In this document: in pieces, positions 23,801 to 38,800 of the stretch | How the letters are laid out: each line of letters starts with the position of its first letter | How positions within the stretch are numbered: position 1 is the first letter of the stretch | Origin: Styela clava | Lineage: Eukaryota | Length of the DNA: 64,000 nucleotides | Direction: 5' to 3' | Assembly (NCBI RefSeq): GCF_964204865.1 | Contig: NC_135250.1 | Span: forward strand, 8,618,001-8,682,000 | Position numbers and translations under genes: made by a program | The notes under the pieces: generated by a model | Databases searched by the model: none | Told to the model about the DNA's origin: nothing | What the model saw: the letters and a program-made list of their open reading frames with translations, nothing else

Positions 23801-26800
23801 TTTGTGATGTAAATATCTGATATGCATTTGATAAAAAAACATGCATATGACAAAGCCTTTGTTATCAAATTTGGTTACATTTTTCAAAATTTTGTCCAAC
23901 AAATAATCAGAATATCACAGTCAAAAACTCATGGACGGAGAGTACAGAGATTGAAGTCAGAGCTGGCATAAATTTCCCTACTACAATACAAATTTATTAT
24001 ATGGAGACAAAAAGTTTGGGATCAGAAATCAAGAGTTTTTATCACCATTTACTAGTATTGATTTTTTTCCTTCTCGAGATAGGCACTAAAATATAGAATC
24101 TGATATACCTAATCTTGCTTCGCCCAGTGTTCCGTTCCCATCTTGGAAATTTTAATATTGAAACTATTTCAAATAAAAATATTCCCTAAATGTCTGAGTC
24201 GAGCTTAGGAACAATTTTTTAACACAGGGCTATTTCTTTTTTACTATCCACATTCATAATCTTACTATGAATTGTCTTTTATATTTGCTTTTGTAAATTC
24301 CAATTGGAATTCCTCTCTATTGTGCTCTTGGACTCCTTAGCCTTTGTTAATAGTTAAGACGTATGTTTGAGTTTCCCTCTTATAAACCCATTTAAAACTT
24401 CACTTAAAAGGTTTTAAGTACTTTACACCACATTTTGCAAACGTTTATTGGGATTCCTCTTGGATATGTCATGTTTTGACAGGCGTGTACTTGAAAATTG
24501 GATTACTATTTTGGATCTGTAGTATACTAGAGTTTCACAAATAATTAAAATATAACAACAAAGTTCAAATTGAAATTTTTGTTTCAAAGAAAATGCTGTT
24601 TTGATTATACATGTAATCAAATATGCCGGTTTTCCGGATTTTTTTGCTCTATAATCACAATTTGTGTTGATCGGAAGAAAAATGATAGTAAAAAAAGAAA
24701 AATTTGAAAAATGTCATGGCTTTGTTAAATATTGCATAATTTTAAAAATATTTGAGCAAAACGATTCTAGGATATCTAGGTGCCAAACAAACTCACAAAA
24801 TAATCAAAAATACTACCTGCATTTCAAGCATACTTTTGTAGTTTGATAATAATTTTGATTGGTTATTCTCATGCTGTCACACCGACTAACTTTATCGAAC
24901 AGCCCTCAATCTCAGATTAATAATCGACCAAGGTTAAGAAAGATGAAAAAATTTCTTATTTAAAAAATAATATTTACCCAAACTTGTAAGATAAAAAGAA
25001 CGGCATGCAAATAATTACTTCAGTTTTTTATTTATCTCACTTCATGTAATAATTAAAGCACTTTGGTATCTTTGTAAATTTATATTATACTCAAATATTT
25101 TTTATATTGCTGTACTTTGTATTTTTGTTTGTCGTATTATTCCTATCTTTATTTTTTTTGCTTCAGACAAAATTTCTGATCAAGGAATAAAGAAGTCTGG
25201 TAGCCTGAAGAAAGGCAAAAAGCTGAAATCATTTTTTCGTCTTTCGAGGAAAAGCAAGGTTACCCAGATAGATTATTTATTATTTTAATTCGGTTGAATT
25301 TCATCCATTTGTTTTAAATGAACGTTGACATCGCATATTTGCACTAAAATGTCCCATCATAAATTTGAAGCATTCAGTGCCCCATGCGAGGTTCCGTACA
25401 GACAAGCACTTGATATATTCAAATATTGGGTTTGGAAAGATCAACTAAGATCTAGCATTGGCCAATAGGTGACTTATTTGCCAATGGACATCAGGAGACA
25501 CAAACGTGGATGCCAACCAAAGTGTTAACCTTTTGTAGGCTTCACTTCAGTATGATGTGTTTTGGATGTAACAGTTGCAATACATATATAATCTGTTAGG
25601 ACATACATATTTAAGATATACATATTTATACTATTGGGAGAGGAAAGTTGACAAGCCGGCTTAATCATGTGGCGAACCACAGCCTCTTGTCCAATTACCA
25701 GTCTATGTCAGCCATGGGATTAGTAAGCCAGTTATTTGTTTTCAAAAGCATGGACTTGTTGCAAAAAATCTGATAATTGTCTGGATAAAGAATATCGCAG
25801 GTTCTCATCAATAGTGCAGTAATACTTACATGCTCTGTTGAATATTAAATATTAATATTATTTTCAGCATTCACCATTGTCGTCACCACCAACTTCTGAA
25901 CAATCAAGTTCAAGTCCACCTATACCACAATCAAGGTAACAATTACGTGGCCAGTTGATAATAAAGGTTCAAGCTTTTTTGCCTGCTATCATAAAGAGCT
26001 TCGTTCGTTGAGAGACACCAGTTAATCCTGAATACCTTGTGGCAATTATTTGTAAAAACCTGTTATTTATTTAGATTATCAACACAATAATTTTTTATGA
26101 TATATGTATGAATGACCAGTATGACTTTGTGGATTAAATATAAAAAAATTTTGAACTGAATTACCGCTGCTTTATATACTTCTGCGGTTATTACGGTTGT
26201 TTGAAGTGAATTTTGTATAAAATGTTTCTACTCAATATTGCGATTGGTTTTATAGAAGCCCAATGGCTAAATTTGTGGTTAAATCTCTTATCTATTTATC
26301 ATAGTTATAAGTTTTATACAAACAAAACATGGGGAATATTCTATTTTTATGATAGCATCTATTATTCAATTTCAAAATTGTTTTTGCATCAAAACATTTT
26401 TTCTGAGTAGGAGCATTTTAAGTAGTTTAAAAATTCCAGAATTTTTCTTTACAATTGTTTCTATAATCAGCATAATAAATCCTGCTATCTTTTTTTCGTT
26501 GAATCGTTTTTCACATCAAAAAGAATAATGATAACATTGCATAGTTGCTCCTAAAAAAAAGTCAACACTTTGAACCATTTTATTTATTTTTTCTAAAAAA
26601 ATATGAACTCCTCCCCTTTTCAAATATTCTTTTCTAACGAATTAAGTTTCGCATTGCTATATTTTTGACATTAAATTATCTAAAGAAGTGAAAATTCTAG
26701 TAAAATAACTATTATTATTCGGTATTCAGGTCTCCTGACACCATCCAGCAACCTCAGTTCGCTAATGTGAATGAAAACAACTCAAAGCAAAGAGAAGATG

Positions 26801-29800
26801 AACATAAAGTCCATAAAAAGAAGAAGGCACCTGTAAAGCACCCTGAACCTCAGGTACGCTCAAAATTGTAAATAAATATTTTAGCATGAAAGAGAATGTA
26901 ATTTTGAGTTTTCTTGGTAATTTTAATTCGTCGTTTTTGTATTTATTCGAGTGTAAATTAAAATTTATGCTTCATCCGAGGCATTTTATCAGTATACTAG
27001 ATATTCAAAATAAATATTTTTTGGGTGAAATCTTCTTATTTATATTTAACAGTAATGTTTTCCTAACAACAATTTTGGGTTATGCAACACTAAATACCTA
27101 CCCTTCCCATCCTTCACTAGGTACAATGCTACCATTGCCCTATGCTAGGGTGGTCTAAGGTTGTCCGCTTCAAGGGCTACAAAATTATTTTTGCATTGTT
27201 CGCAGGCCGCAATAGTGCCAAGAAAAGGTAAACAGTGCAATATTCAACTTCGCTAGTCATAACACTGGTGATTAGTCAACTCAATGACATTAGTGATGTA
27301 ACAATATATCAAAAAAATTTTCTTGTTATTTTCATGACTAGACAACACTAAATGCGATTTTTGATTAACCTCCAGCAAATGGGACGCGGGCCACAAATAT
27401 TGAGCCCGGGGGCCACATGTGGCCCGCAGGGTTCGGAACACCCTGCTCTATGCTATGCCTTGTGTTAATGTGCAGCCAGATTCTCAAATCATTTAGTTTC
27501 CCATTTCAAAATTTTATCTTTTAAAATAAATTTGGAAACATTAATTTAAATTTTGTTGTATTATCACGATATCCCATTATAAATACATTAGCAGGTAGCC
27601 CTACCCATTCTTACATTCTTGATGATAATTAGTAATCTATCAATTTCTAGTTGTTTGTTTGTTAATTATTTTCATTGTGTTTGTACAATCATTTGTTCAA
27701 CAACACCAATAATCTATCATAATTTCATATCATTATAGAATGAACCGTTGCATGGCCAAGTCACTGAAAAGATTGATGAGCCACAGAAAGCAGAGACAAT
27801 TCAAAAACAGGTAGCTGTTAATCGTTAATCTACATGAAGTATTTCTTATCTCTTTGGTATGCAGACTTTACTAAATAGTTACATAGTAATTGGTAGAAAT
27901 AATGGATAAATTGCCTTGGTTCGCAATTAGAAAATCTAATAAATATTCTTTGCTGGACGGTTACTGCACAATCGCCATTTTTTATTTTTTGTTAATTATG
28001 TTGCTCGTAGCAACGGTAGTTATAGTAACCATCTGTTTATCCTATACCGATAATCCCTTATTCATGCTCTAGTAATTTCAGGTAAATCTAATTATAGCAT
28101 CTAACTTTATGAGCAGGGATTTTTTTTTTGAAAATCAACTAAACCCTAATTGGATAACATTTCCCATTTTTTGCATTTATTTTTGAAACACAATTTGTAA
28201 ATATTATTAAAATTTGAAAAAAATGTGGACTAATACAAGACTTACCGGTAGTTGTTTTTATTTTAGGGCATGTTAAGCACATTGGTGCTGTTTCCGTAAA
28301 ATACATGTATTGTAGTTTCATGGTTAGTGCCATGATGGCCTGGCCTGCTCACTGTAACAATTATGACATCGCAGGTTAAAGATTTTGGTGCCAGGTTGGG
28401 TCAGATGGGGTATTTCCTGCTTATCGACGCTCACCGAGGCCTAAGTATTTTTATCAGTTACTATTGACATATTAAAGTCTGCAGACACAATGTAAAATTA
28501 ATTTGCCATATATCGCATACCAATTATATTAATCTTTACAAATCCATTATTTCTAAAATCTGAAATATTCCAAAATTACCTGATTAAGTTAAGTTGTTTT
28601 TTGATTATTTTTAGAAATCAGTTGAATCAGAAGAACACATAGAGGATGAGGAAGGTATGGTAATTTATTTTTTATTTTTTCAAGTCATGCTGAATTGATT
28701 TTTATGCTTGATCCAATAATAAACCGAGTAAACAAGATTAATTGATTGATATAATTCTATTAACTTCGAAAAAATTGTAATGTTAATGATTGTAAATATA
28801 TCTGTAAAAATTGAATTATTGTCATTTATGAAATCCAATATTAATATTAATAATGTTGATGACATATCCAGTTTGATTTGACATGCTTGGATATATTGAT
28901 AAAATTGATCAATTTCCATAACTGAGAAATGGTCCCAGTTATTTGATTTATCATATGAAAACTGATTTCTCAGGAAATGTAATTAGTAAGTGTTTTTACA
29001 AAATGAATAATTGATATCAATATCCGCTACTAACTGTATTGTTGCTTCTATTATTCCTATATTTCAAAATAATTTTTTTAGTAACTCGTGATTGATATTA
29101 AGATCAGTGCAGACTTTTGAATTGTTGAAAAAATGTTATCAAATGATTTGTTTTGGAGTTGCTGAAATCAAAAAATTATTATTATTATTTTTTTACTTTT
29201 ATATCATGATCATATTTGAGTGATTTCTAATACTGGGAGATTGTGGTCTCTTTGAAGATTCGTTTTATATTCTAGATTCATTCCAATTTGTATATCATAG
29301 TTTCCTATTCATTCAAAATTAAGAAAAAAAGAATTTAAATCAGGCTCAAACATGCGACATAAAATTACAACATTGGCTATTAATTTTTAAAAAACACGAA
29401 AGATCACCATTTTTTGCATGACGGTAATTCTCAATGTGATTTTTTGTTTTTTTACCGTTGCTTGCATGCTCATCACATGAAACCAGTCATAAAGATTGTC
29501 CCTCCTCGGCCTAACGCTCCACCCAGAGTTAAACCAAGACAGCAGCCTGTTCCGGCCACTCGACTCCATGCCACAGGTAATCAGTTGTCAGTTGATTTGG
29601 ATTGAAATTAAGTAATTTTATGATAATAAAGTTTCACTTGATTAATTAAGTTCAAATTTACTGATATTTGTTGTTGCGATTTTGCTATTTTATAACAATA
29701 ACATTTCAAAGTTTCACTTTTTGTTTTTGACGTGCAATTAGGTCAACTATCTTAGTTTTTTAGTTATGATAGAATAATTAGGGTTATCCGAAACGATTTG

Positions 29801-32800
29801 AATATATTCTAAATTCCGAGCCTGTAGTTTTCAGATTAAGAAACATATTAGAATAGTTGCATTAGAAAATTGTCCATCAGTACTTGATAATACTGCTTTT
29901 AATAATAAACACTTCTGTCATATACTATTCTGTCACTTTAGTCAAGGTATGATTTAATCTTGGGTTATATTTAATGTTTTTCTTGTGAAAATACTGAATT
30001 ATTGGTCCTGGTCGTCTTTAGTACTAATATTCCATTATATCATTAAAAATTTGCAAAGGTGTTCAGTGTTTACATTATACTTTTGTTCTAACTTTTATGT
30101 CATATACGTCCAGGTAAAAAGAAGGCACCTCCGCCACCTACCAGTTCAGACAGTGCACCTGCTTCACCAACAAGACCTTCTAGACCAGAAAAACCTCCCA
30201 GAAAACATGTTAGTGGTTTGAAAATATGGATTTCAAATTCTAGGTTTTGGTGCATACACACCTGCATTTGGTGCACATTTTCATAATATTAATATGCGGG
30301 ATCAATACAACTTTGCATGAGTAATGAACACGAATGTACAACCTTGACAGTGAGCTCTTTGTGCATGGCTCTAGACTAGTAATCTTGTTATCAGTCATCA
30401 CACTGCTGATTATATTGTACAAAGACAGGGATTTTTATGCTTTCTCCCCTTAGTAACCTGAAACATTTACCTGAATCCCCAGCAAGCTGACTCCAAATCA
30501 GATGGTAATATATTAACTAACAGATAACAATTCTAAATGTTCATATGATCTTACCTGAATTCATTATTTCAAATACCCTATGCCTGTGGTTCTTAAACTT
30601 TTTAAGCCACGCCCCCTTTTTAGCCCCCCTCAAAAATAACAATGAGCTACGAATAACAGGATAGTAAGAGGAAAATACGTGGATGGAGCGTAAATAATGA
30701 AATAAATGAAAAAATTGAATCTAACAAATATTTTTATTTTTATTTAGCACCACGCCCCCAAAAAATTGTCTACGCCCCCCACAAGGGTTCACTGTTTGAA
30801 AACCACTCCTCAATACTGAACATTAGTATGGCGGCTGTGCCCGTTCGCTACGATGTTTTTGAAATTTGAGGAGCAGTATTAGATAGACACATTTGTAAGT
30901 CGTACTCTGCCTCAAAAAGTAGAAATACGCAACACCTCAACAGTTATATAAAGCCCCTTGGCAATATTCCCAGACCCTCTGTTTTAAACTGAAATTGTTG
31001 ACATGATTAAAATTTGATATCTATCATTAATCATTTTCAAATATTTCAAACAGAGTGTGGAGAAGAGTAATAAGGACAGACCTGTATTTAATGAAGAAAA
31101 ATCTTCAGATAAGGAAACACAAGAAACTGTTGTTGGTGAGGATATTCATTACTTACTTATTTTTTCGTAACCAGAACTTAAATGCAAGAATAATTTTCTA
31201 TTTTTTGCTTATTCATACTCTATTTTTTGCTTATTCAACTTCTCAACTATATGCAAAAGCTCCCGAATCAAGGTAATTTGGATATAGGCAGTGGTGGGAT
31301 TCAGCCGCTTCGCACCGGTTCTATAGAACCGTCTCACGGAATTTTATGAGATCAGCCAACCGGTTAGCATTACTAAAAAAAGCATGTAACAGAACGGCCC
31401 TAAAAATATGACTTTTGTGATGGAACCGGCTGACAAAAAATTTGAATCTCACCACTGGATATAGGTTCAGGGTTTGCAAGGACTAGAATCTTTCTGATAT
31501 CCAATTTGTTACAACTTGACGAATTTAGCTGACGAAAAGATCATTGCAACAATAAATAATAAAACAACAACATACTCAAAATTTTGATATTTACAAGAGG
31601 GAGCGATATGACCATACAGTCATCAGAATCAGCCCCCATATATCATATACTAAACTGAAGATTTAACATGAAATACGGATATCTAGTGTATATAACGTCA
31701 GTGTACTGATGATAACCTTGTGTCTAGCACTACCAACTTTCCCAAAATAACTTATTTAGTATACAATTTTTTCTTTGTTTTAGATGATATTGCAATACCA
31801 ATGCAGACATCAGACAATATTGAGACAAAGGTTGAGCAAAAGCCTCCATCTGATGAAGGCGAGGAACCAGCACAAAAGCATGAACATGAAGAAATTATTC
31901 GAGATGTTGAAATTCTGTTAGAAAAAGGTTGGTAATGAATAGTTGAACCTCGTTCTGATATTTTGGATCATATTTTATATGGCCAAAAAATTGTTTGTTT
32001 GTTTCATTTGAATGGTGTTTAACACACAATATTTAAAAAGAAGAGTCTCTTCGTGAATTTTGAAAATCCCAATTTCTAGTTTTGAAGTTAAAATAGCATT
32101 TTGGTAAAAAATCTCTATTTCACCCTGTGAAAAGTTGTGACATTTCTAACTGCTGTGCTATTCGATACATTAACTCACTATTGCAGTTATTGTGGGTTCT
32201 GAGACGTTTATATGAAATTAGTTTGAGAGCTTAAGAAATCAAATTTACAATTGAATTGGTTTTGAAAAATTTGGATTTATGTCTGCTTTATTGCATGATA
32301 AAAAAAAAGACATTGCCCTAATCTCTCATGGTAGCCATGAATTAATGATATAACTGCCAAATTTTGCCAAAAAAACAGTTTTTTGAAATCATTAGTAACA
32401 TTTTCTGGTCTTAATACGCCCATCCCTATTGTTACAGTCAGACTATTTCATGAATTGAGTTTGGCATCTTTTTTAAAAAATATATGATTTCTCTAAAATA
32501 CAGAGTCTGAAATAAAACAGAAGTCGGAAGTTTCAAGTACTGAGGACATACATGAGAAAATGGATGATCAACCACCTCAAATTGAGAGTGCAGATGCCGA
32601 GTTTGAGAAAGTAACTCTTGCAAAACCGGTAGCTGTACCAAGACTTTCACAATCGGATGATTTGAAAACGGAATCTGCAAATAACAACGAAATCCAGGCC
32701 GAGATTCCATCTGAACCACAAAAAGATGATTCTTACAGTGTGAGCATCAGTTCTGCTGAAGATATAGAAGAAACACCTGCTGATACAGAATTCAAAATAA

Positions 32801-35800
32801 GTGATGAAAATTTGGTTGTCACAGGCAAGTAATATTAATCTTATTCTGTTGGTTTGTGTTATATTGAAACGAATACAATACAATTCTGCTTTTCGTTAAT
32901 TTTTTCCTTTAAGATCAACTTTATCACAAGTCCAGCAATTGCTTGGTGCATAGTTTTTTGCATGAGTGTCAAACCCTCAAATTTGGTTTGTGGGGTAATC
33001 AGAGATACGATGAAACAAGTTCCTAAACTTAACATGATGCAGGCGAATCCACGATATTGACATCATTTAGACAAATTTTAAGTAAATTTCGTATTGTGCG
33101 ACCCAAAATTGAGACTTGATCCCGATTTTAATGCCATCGAGCACATTTCCAAATGGTATCTTTGATAAGTCAGTCCGTTATTTAGTTATAACTCCACGCT
33201 GCGCCTAATGTTTTCCATGTGTGCTATACCGACCAATATCTCATAATTAAATGATTCAGAATATTTCATTGCATTTTTCTTATGACAGATGCAATTCCAA
33301 TTCAAGATGAAGTTACTACCAAACCTGAACCTGAAGTGGAAAACCACAATGAAAATGAAAATAAGGTTGATGAAAAAGCCAAAGAATTACCACCAGATTT
33401 GGAACTATATGTATGTTCCTATGTGGCTCTATCTAACTTGTATTTTGATATCTATATGAAATTATATGATTTTATGTGATTCGAGAGCACACATAAATGT
33501 ATTTATGTAACATTTCCATAACCTTCTTAATATGAGCCTGAAAGAGAATGATACATAGTTAGTTTCACACAACCTGAACTGATAGTTGCGTTAGCTATAT
33601 CCACAATGGGTCCCAACAATTTCCGACTTGACAACTATTACAAGAAACGACTTTTTATTAGTATCCCAAAAAACACTTCAAATTATTCTTCATGTACATG
33701 ATGTCACTTTTCTCGTCAAAAATAAAAATTTGCTTGTCTGAAGAAGTCTGACCTCAGACAAAATGTTATAGAAATACATTTGTGTTAGTTCACAGCAAAC
33801 TCATTATTCTCAAACTCAGATTCACTAGCGCATGATGAAACTATAAGCAGGTATTCTGACTGAGATTTATACAGTATAGTTCTATTATCATTGTACATAC
33901 TTTATCAGGCCACAGATATGAAATTCGATATATCAGAGAAAAACGATGATGATATGTACGGACCTGGAGAGACCCAACATGATGAAGACACTAATGAACG
34001 CAAGATTTCACATGATGATGATGATGATGTGACATCTGAAAATGAGCATCCAATCGAAATACCGGTATGTTTAAAAAGCTTTTGTTCTTAAAATGAGATG
34101 GGTTGTGATTGACTAAAACATCAATTCCCTAATTGAATCTTGTTTAAAAAGTAGTTGACTTTTCTTCCAGTCAAATTCAAAGAATCTATAGAGCTCCAAG
34201 TATTACGACAGGTTATCTCTATTTCTGAAGTGGCTGTTTGGCACCCTTCACCCATACTGTTTAACAAGCCTATGATCTGATCCAGACTAAGAAATTTTGT
34301 GATTATCATGTTATGAAATTCTAGTACTGGACAAAAAATGCAGTAGTTTCCCTCATAGCTACATTTTGCTGGTTTCTTATGTATAACCTTGGTCTCGATG
34401 AAGGTATGAAACACTTCATTAGAAAATGAAGGAAGGAGTCTTTCATTCTATACAAAGCCCTGTATAAGCAGCCCCTGATATACAAGGAGCTGCCATTTTT
34501 AGGGCTGGGAACTTTTAGGTTCTGCATTCGCTACGGAATTTATCAATCCCTGGGTGAGGAGGGTGACATGATTTTTTTAACTGGTGTTAGGTTGAAGCTC
34601 CTGAACTTTAAAGCACGGGTCATCTGAATTCTTGAGTCTTTCCGAATTTGAGTTAGGCGATTGAGTTGAATACAAGTCTGAGTCATTTGTTTACAGCAGG
34701 GATGTGCAACTTGCGGCCCGCAAGGAAAAATTGTGCCATTCGCGAAGAAATGCCAATTTTAATTGGTGTGCGGCCTGTGAAACTAGTTTTCAATTTAGTT
34801 TAATAATCTGCTACATGAAAGTAATTCCAACTCCTATGCCCTAATAGCTAGCATGTGCGAAGTGAACAACGCATGTCACAAGATTAATAACCCAAATTTT
34901 TGTACCTGCAACTACTAGAGGGCCTTGAATAAAGAATAAAGGTGCGGCCCGCGGTTTCATTCAGTTATTTGTATTTGGCCCTCTTGTACTGAAGGTTGCA
35001 CACCCCCAGTTTACATGACTCACTCACTTTGAGTCTTTGGGCAAATGGGTAAGAGTCAATGACTCTACAAATGAGTCGATGTGATAGCTCTAACCACTCC
35101 CGAACAATCATTCCAGAAGCCCGTCATTGCAATTGAGAAAGAGGAAAGCAGTGATGATGAAGCAGAAAACATTGAAACGTCATCAGAACCAAGATCTCTT
35201 CATGTCGATCATTCAGAAATCGATTCCAAAACTGCTCTAGCTGACGAAGACAACTTATTTACAACTCCAAGTCATTACGATCCAAATTTTGGACAAGTAG
35301 ACGCTCCAGAAGATGAATTTGATTTCATGGCTGCGGAAGAATTAGCTCGAAGCATGATCACTAATTTTAATCCATCTTCAGAGACGCAAGGTGTGTTATT
35401 TTAGTCTTAGATATATGAACTATGGAGGCTGAAACATTTTCACCTCACTTTTCAAAACTATGTTAAAAAATTACTCAAATTGTTTGTTATTCTAAAATTC
35501 TGTTCTATTATTTAGTACGAAAAATAAATAAGTAATGGATGTATTTACTGCGGAACATTAGTCGTGATTCCCTTGTGTGAATGATAATTTCATATGAATT
35601 TATGTAATACTATTAGTTTTGAATAAATTATTTGGGGATCCGTCTTACAGCCTCTGGAGAAGGTTAATGGTCACAAATTTAGTCCCTAAATTAACCCCAC
35701 CCAAACTTCTACTAAAGTCCACTATATGTCCACTACTCACTCATAAGGAGGTGCTCCAGAAGTATGCACACCAAGATGTCACACAACCTGAATCCTAACC

Positions 35801-38800
35801 GGTACACACATACTATGTTCAGGTTGTGCGCCATCTTGGTGCGCATACTTCTAGAGATCCCATAAGGATTTAAATGAAATGCCATATAGAACATGGGTTT
35901 GACGTCTAGGGCAGTCACACAACATGTGAAATTAACTATCGAAAGAGTGCTTGTATACAATTTCAAATGCAATATTTTCTACATTTATTCTATTTTGTTA
36001 TCAGATGATGAATTTCCTTCGCCGCCTCCACCAGATGATTTTGACAATCAGCCTACACCTCCCCCACCTACTCCTTCCATTGTAAAACAACCTCCTCAAC
36101 AATTTGGGAACAATGTAAGAACAACTGTAGATGAGGTAATGTAGGAATGTTGCCAATTCGTAACAATATTTTTATTTAATTCTCCAAATTTCAAAGCATT
36201 AATTGGACTTATTAACATGTAAAGTTCCTATGTAGTAAATTTTCGGTACTTCCAAAGTATGTGTACCAGGTTAGAGTTAGGCCCCTGTCCATAGGTTTCA
36301 GTCCCTTTACACAACTTGATGAAAATAGGCGAACAAAATTAGTTAATGACATATTGGTACACATACTTCTGGATCGCCAAATTTTCTTGGAAATAAATTA
36401 TTGCATCATACAATGAAATCTTCCTGCTAATATAAAAGTTAGTCGAAATGAAATTTCTATTCTTTGTGGTCAATTTAGTCACAATCAGAGAAAGACTATT
36501 TTGAATAGTTTGTTTAGCGTTCCTTACCTAACATACAAACACAATGGATTCCAAACTTTGGGTTGTTTTACTCACAGTGACATGGATGAATTATTCTTGT
36601 GTAATAATAAAACTTGAATTCACAAAAGGAGAATTTTTGATTTGGGACTTACTTCAACATTATTATTAATCTGGCTTATCTCAATTACGGTATTTTACGA
36701 ATAAGAATTGAATTAAACATAGACTCACACAGTATTCTACATTAGTTTAAATAGTTTCTATACAGTATTAACAAAGCCATTTTATACTTTTGTAATGACC
36801 TTGTAAAAACACACACAAACAAAAATTGTTTTACAACCTGTTTAGGTGGATGAAGATGACGAAATGACAAAACAAAAAATAGAAGAACTTCAACAACAAA
36901 TCAATATGGTGAAAAGGGCAAAAGCAAAGAAAAAAGCTGAAGAGGAAGCTGCTAAAAAGCAACCTTATACTATCATAGAAGGTGAGATTAAATATAGCCT
37001 ATTGGAAATGAATTGTGCATTTGGATCGATTTTATAAATTGTATCATTCTCAAATGCTTTGGGTTAGGATTGTTGTGTGAAAATAGCTTTTTTTCGAAAA
37101 CTGCTGGACTATTTTTTTTTTGCAAATTTTCAGTACTTGATAAGTAAGTAAGATGGAAGAAGTAACTTGATTATTGTTATTTAATTTTTCAAATACATTA
37201 CGAATGCTACTGGTCCGACATGAATTTTAATTTTTTCAGTTCATGCCGACCTGTTTTCAACATTGGGATCTTCGTGTTCATGTATTTGAAAATTCATCTA
37301 CTTTATTTCCCATTTTTTGTTTTCAGAAAAACAGACAGTACCTGGAGAAATGCAAAAACCAGGGGCTAAAACATTTACTTTTGTTCCAAACCAACGAACT
37401 AAGGTGAGATTGTGGTACATTTTTAACCTTAGTTGATTGCATAGCCTTTGAGGACATAGCGTACTTTCTTAGCTTCCGTGAATGATGATATAATTGAATG
37501 ACATAACTTTTCATATTTTCAGAAAGTTTACGAGAGTTACGAGACCGCTGCCCCAGCTGGAATCAATTTATCTCAGAGTGGAGAGATAAGAGGAGTTGGA
37601 GTGCCTGAACCCCAAAAAGATGAAAATGAGCGAAAAAGTCCGCAAGCGGCACCTGAAAAGGTGGAACCAAGTGCAGTTAAACCAGTGGAAAAGTCTTCAA
37701 CGCCGCCGCCACAGGAACCGATCATCAAACAACAACCAGTAGTGATAAAAAGTTCTGTATCCTCCGCAGTTACAACCGTGCCGCAACAACAACCGGTTGT
37801 GATAAAAGAGAAAGAAAAAGAGCCTCAAAAACCAAAAGGAGTTCCTGCAAATGCGCCTCCTTTACCGAAAGGTCTTTCTGGTTATGTCGCATCTGCCGCT
37901 ATGAAACGTCAAAATGTGCAAAGTAAGCCGTATGTTCCATCACAAGCAGCACAAGATGAAGGTAAATGAACAATATATGGTACTTCCGTAGTGTGTGTAG
38001 AGACATGTAAACAAGTAGTAATAAATAATGACTCAATGATTGGAAAGGTAAAACGATCTAACCATAACATTAATATTATCCATTCAATGTTTTAATTTCT
38101 TTTATTTAAATTTCTTTGGTATTTTTTCAGAACTGTCATCATCAAGAAAATCATCCTTGCCAAACTATTACAAAAAATTCCTTGGGATCAAAGCTTTACA
38201 ATTCGCTGCTGAAAACAAAGATAAAGAAGACACGACTAAGAAGTCGTCAGTTATTACTTCACCTGTCCCAGAAGAAAAAGTAGTGCCAAACGGAGAATTA
38301 TCGCCAAAACCAGATCCGCCCAAAAAACCTGAAGCTTTAAAATCAGGTGCTCCTTTACTAGTGAGTGATCTAAAACCAAAGGGTTTGAAATCAGGCGCCC
38401 CTCCACCCATGGGTGAGTCTGTGAAACCCCAAGAAGTTAAAATAGTCGAACAAACTAAAAATGAAAACAAATCTGCACCTGTTACCGAAACCATCAAAAT
38501 TGAACCGGTGACGCAGCTTCCTCTTCCACCAGAAGAAAAGAGTCCACCAAAACCAATGAACCCTGTAACCAATATAGATGATGTTCCACTCCCTCCACCA
38601 CCAGAAGAATTTTTGACTCCATCGAACACTGCACCACCGACTTCTCTAGATTATTCAAGGAAATCTTCAGCGTCATCCACTTCATCAAGTAAGTGTTGAA
38701 TAAGTAATGGCATACATATGAGTGTTGTAATATTTATCTGGAAATCTGGAAACTAAAAGGTGTTGTCGTATTCCATGTGTTGAACATATCTATGTTAATT

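Noticed and set aside
24903-24932. 30-nt candidate microexon with a CTAAC branch point
   Set aside because: The donor (gttaag) is weak. The protein-like frame (PQSQINNRP) is phase 2 whereas the host intron is phase 1, and the phase-1 reading is out of character. Needs junction reads.
38168-38629. 153-aa antisense Gly/Ser/Phe-rich ORF
   Set aside because: Antisense shadow of the Pro/Lys/Glu-rich Cobl exon 38131-38688.
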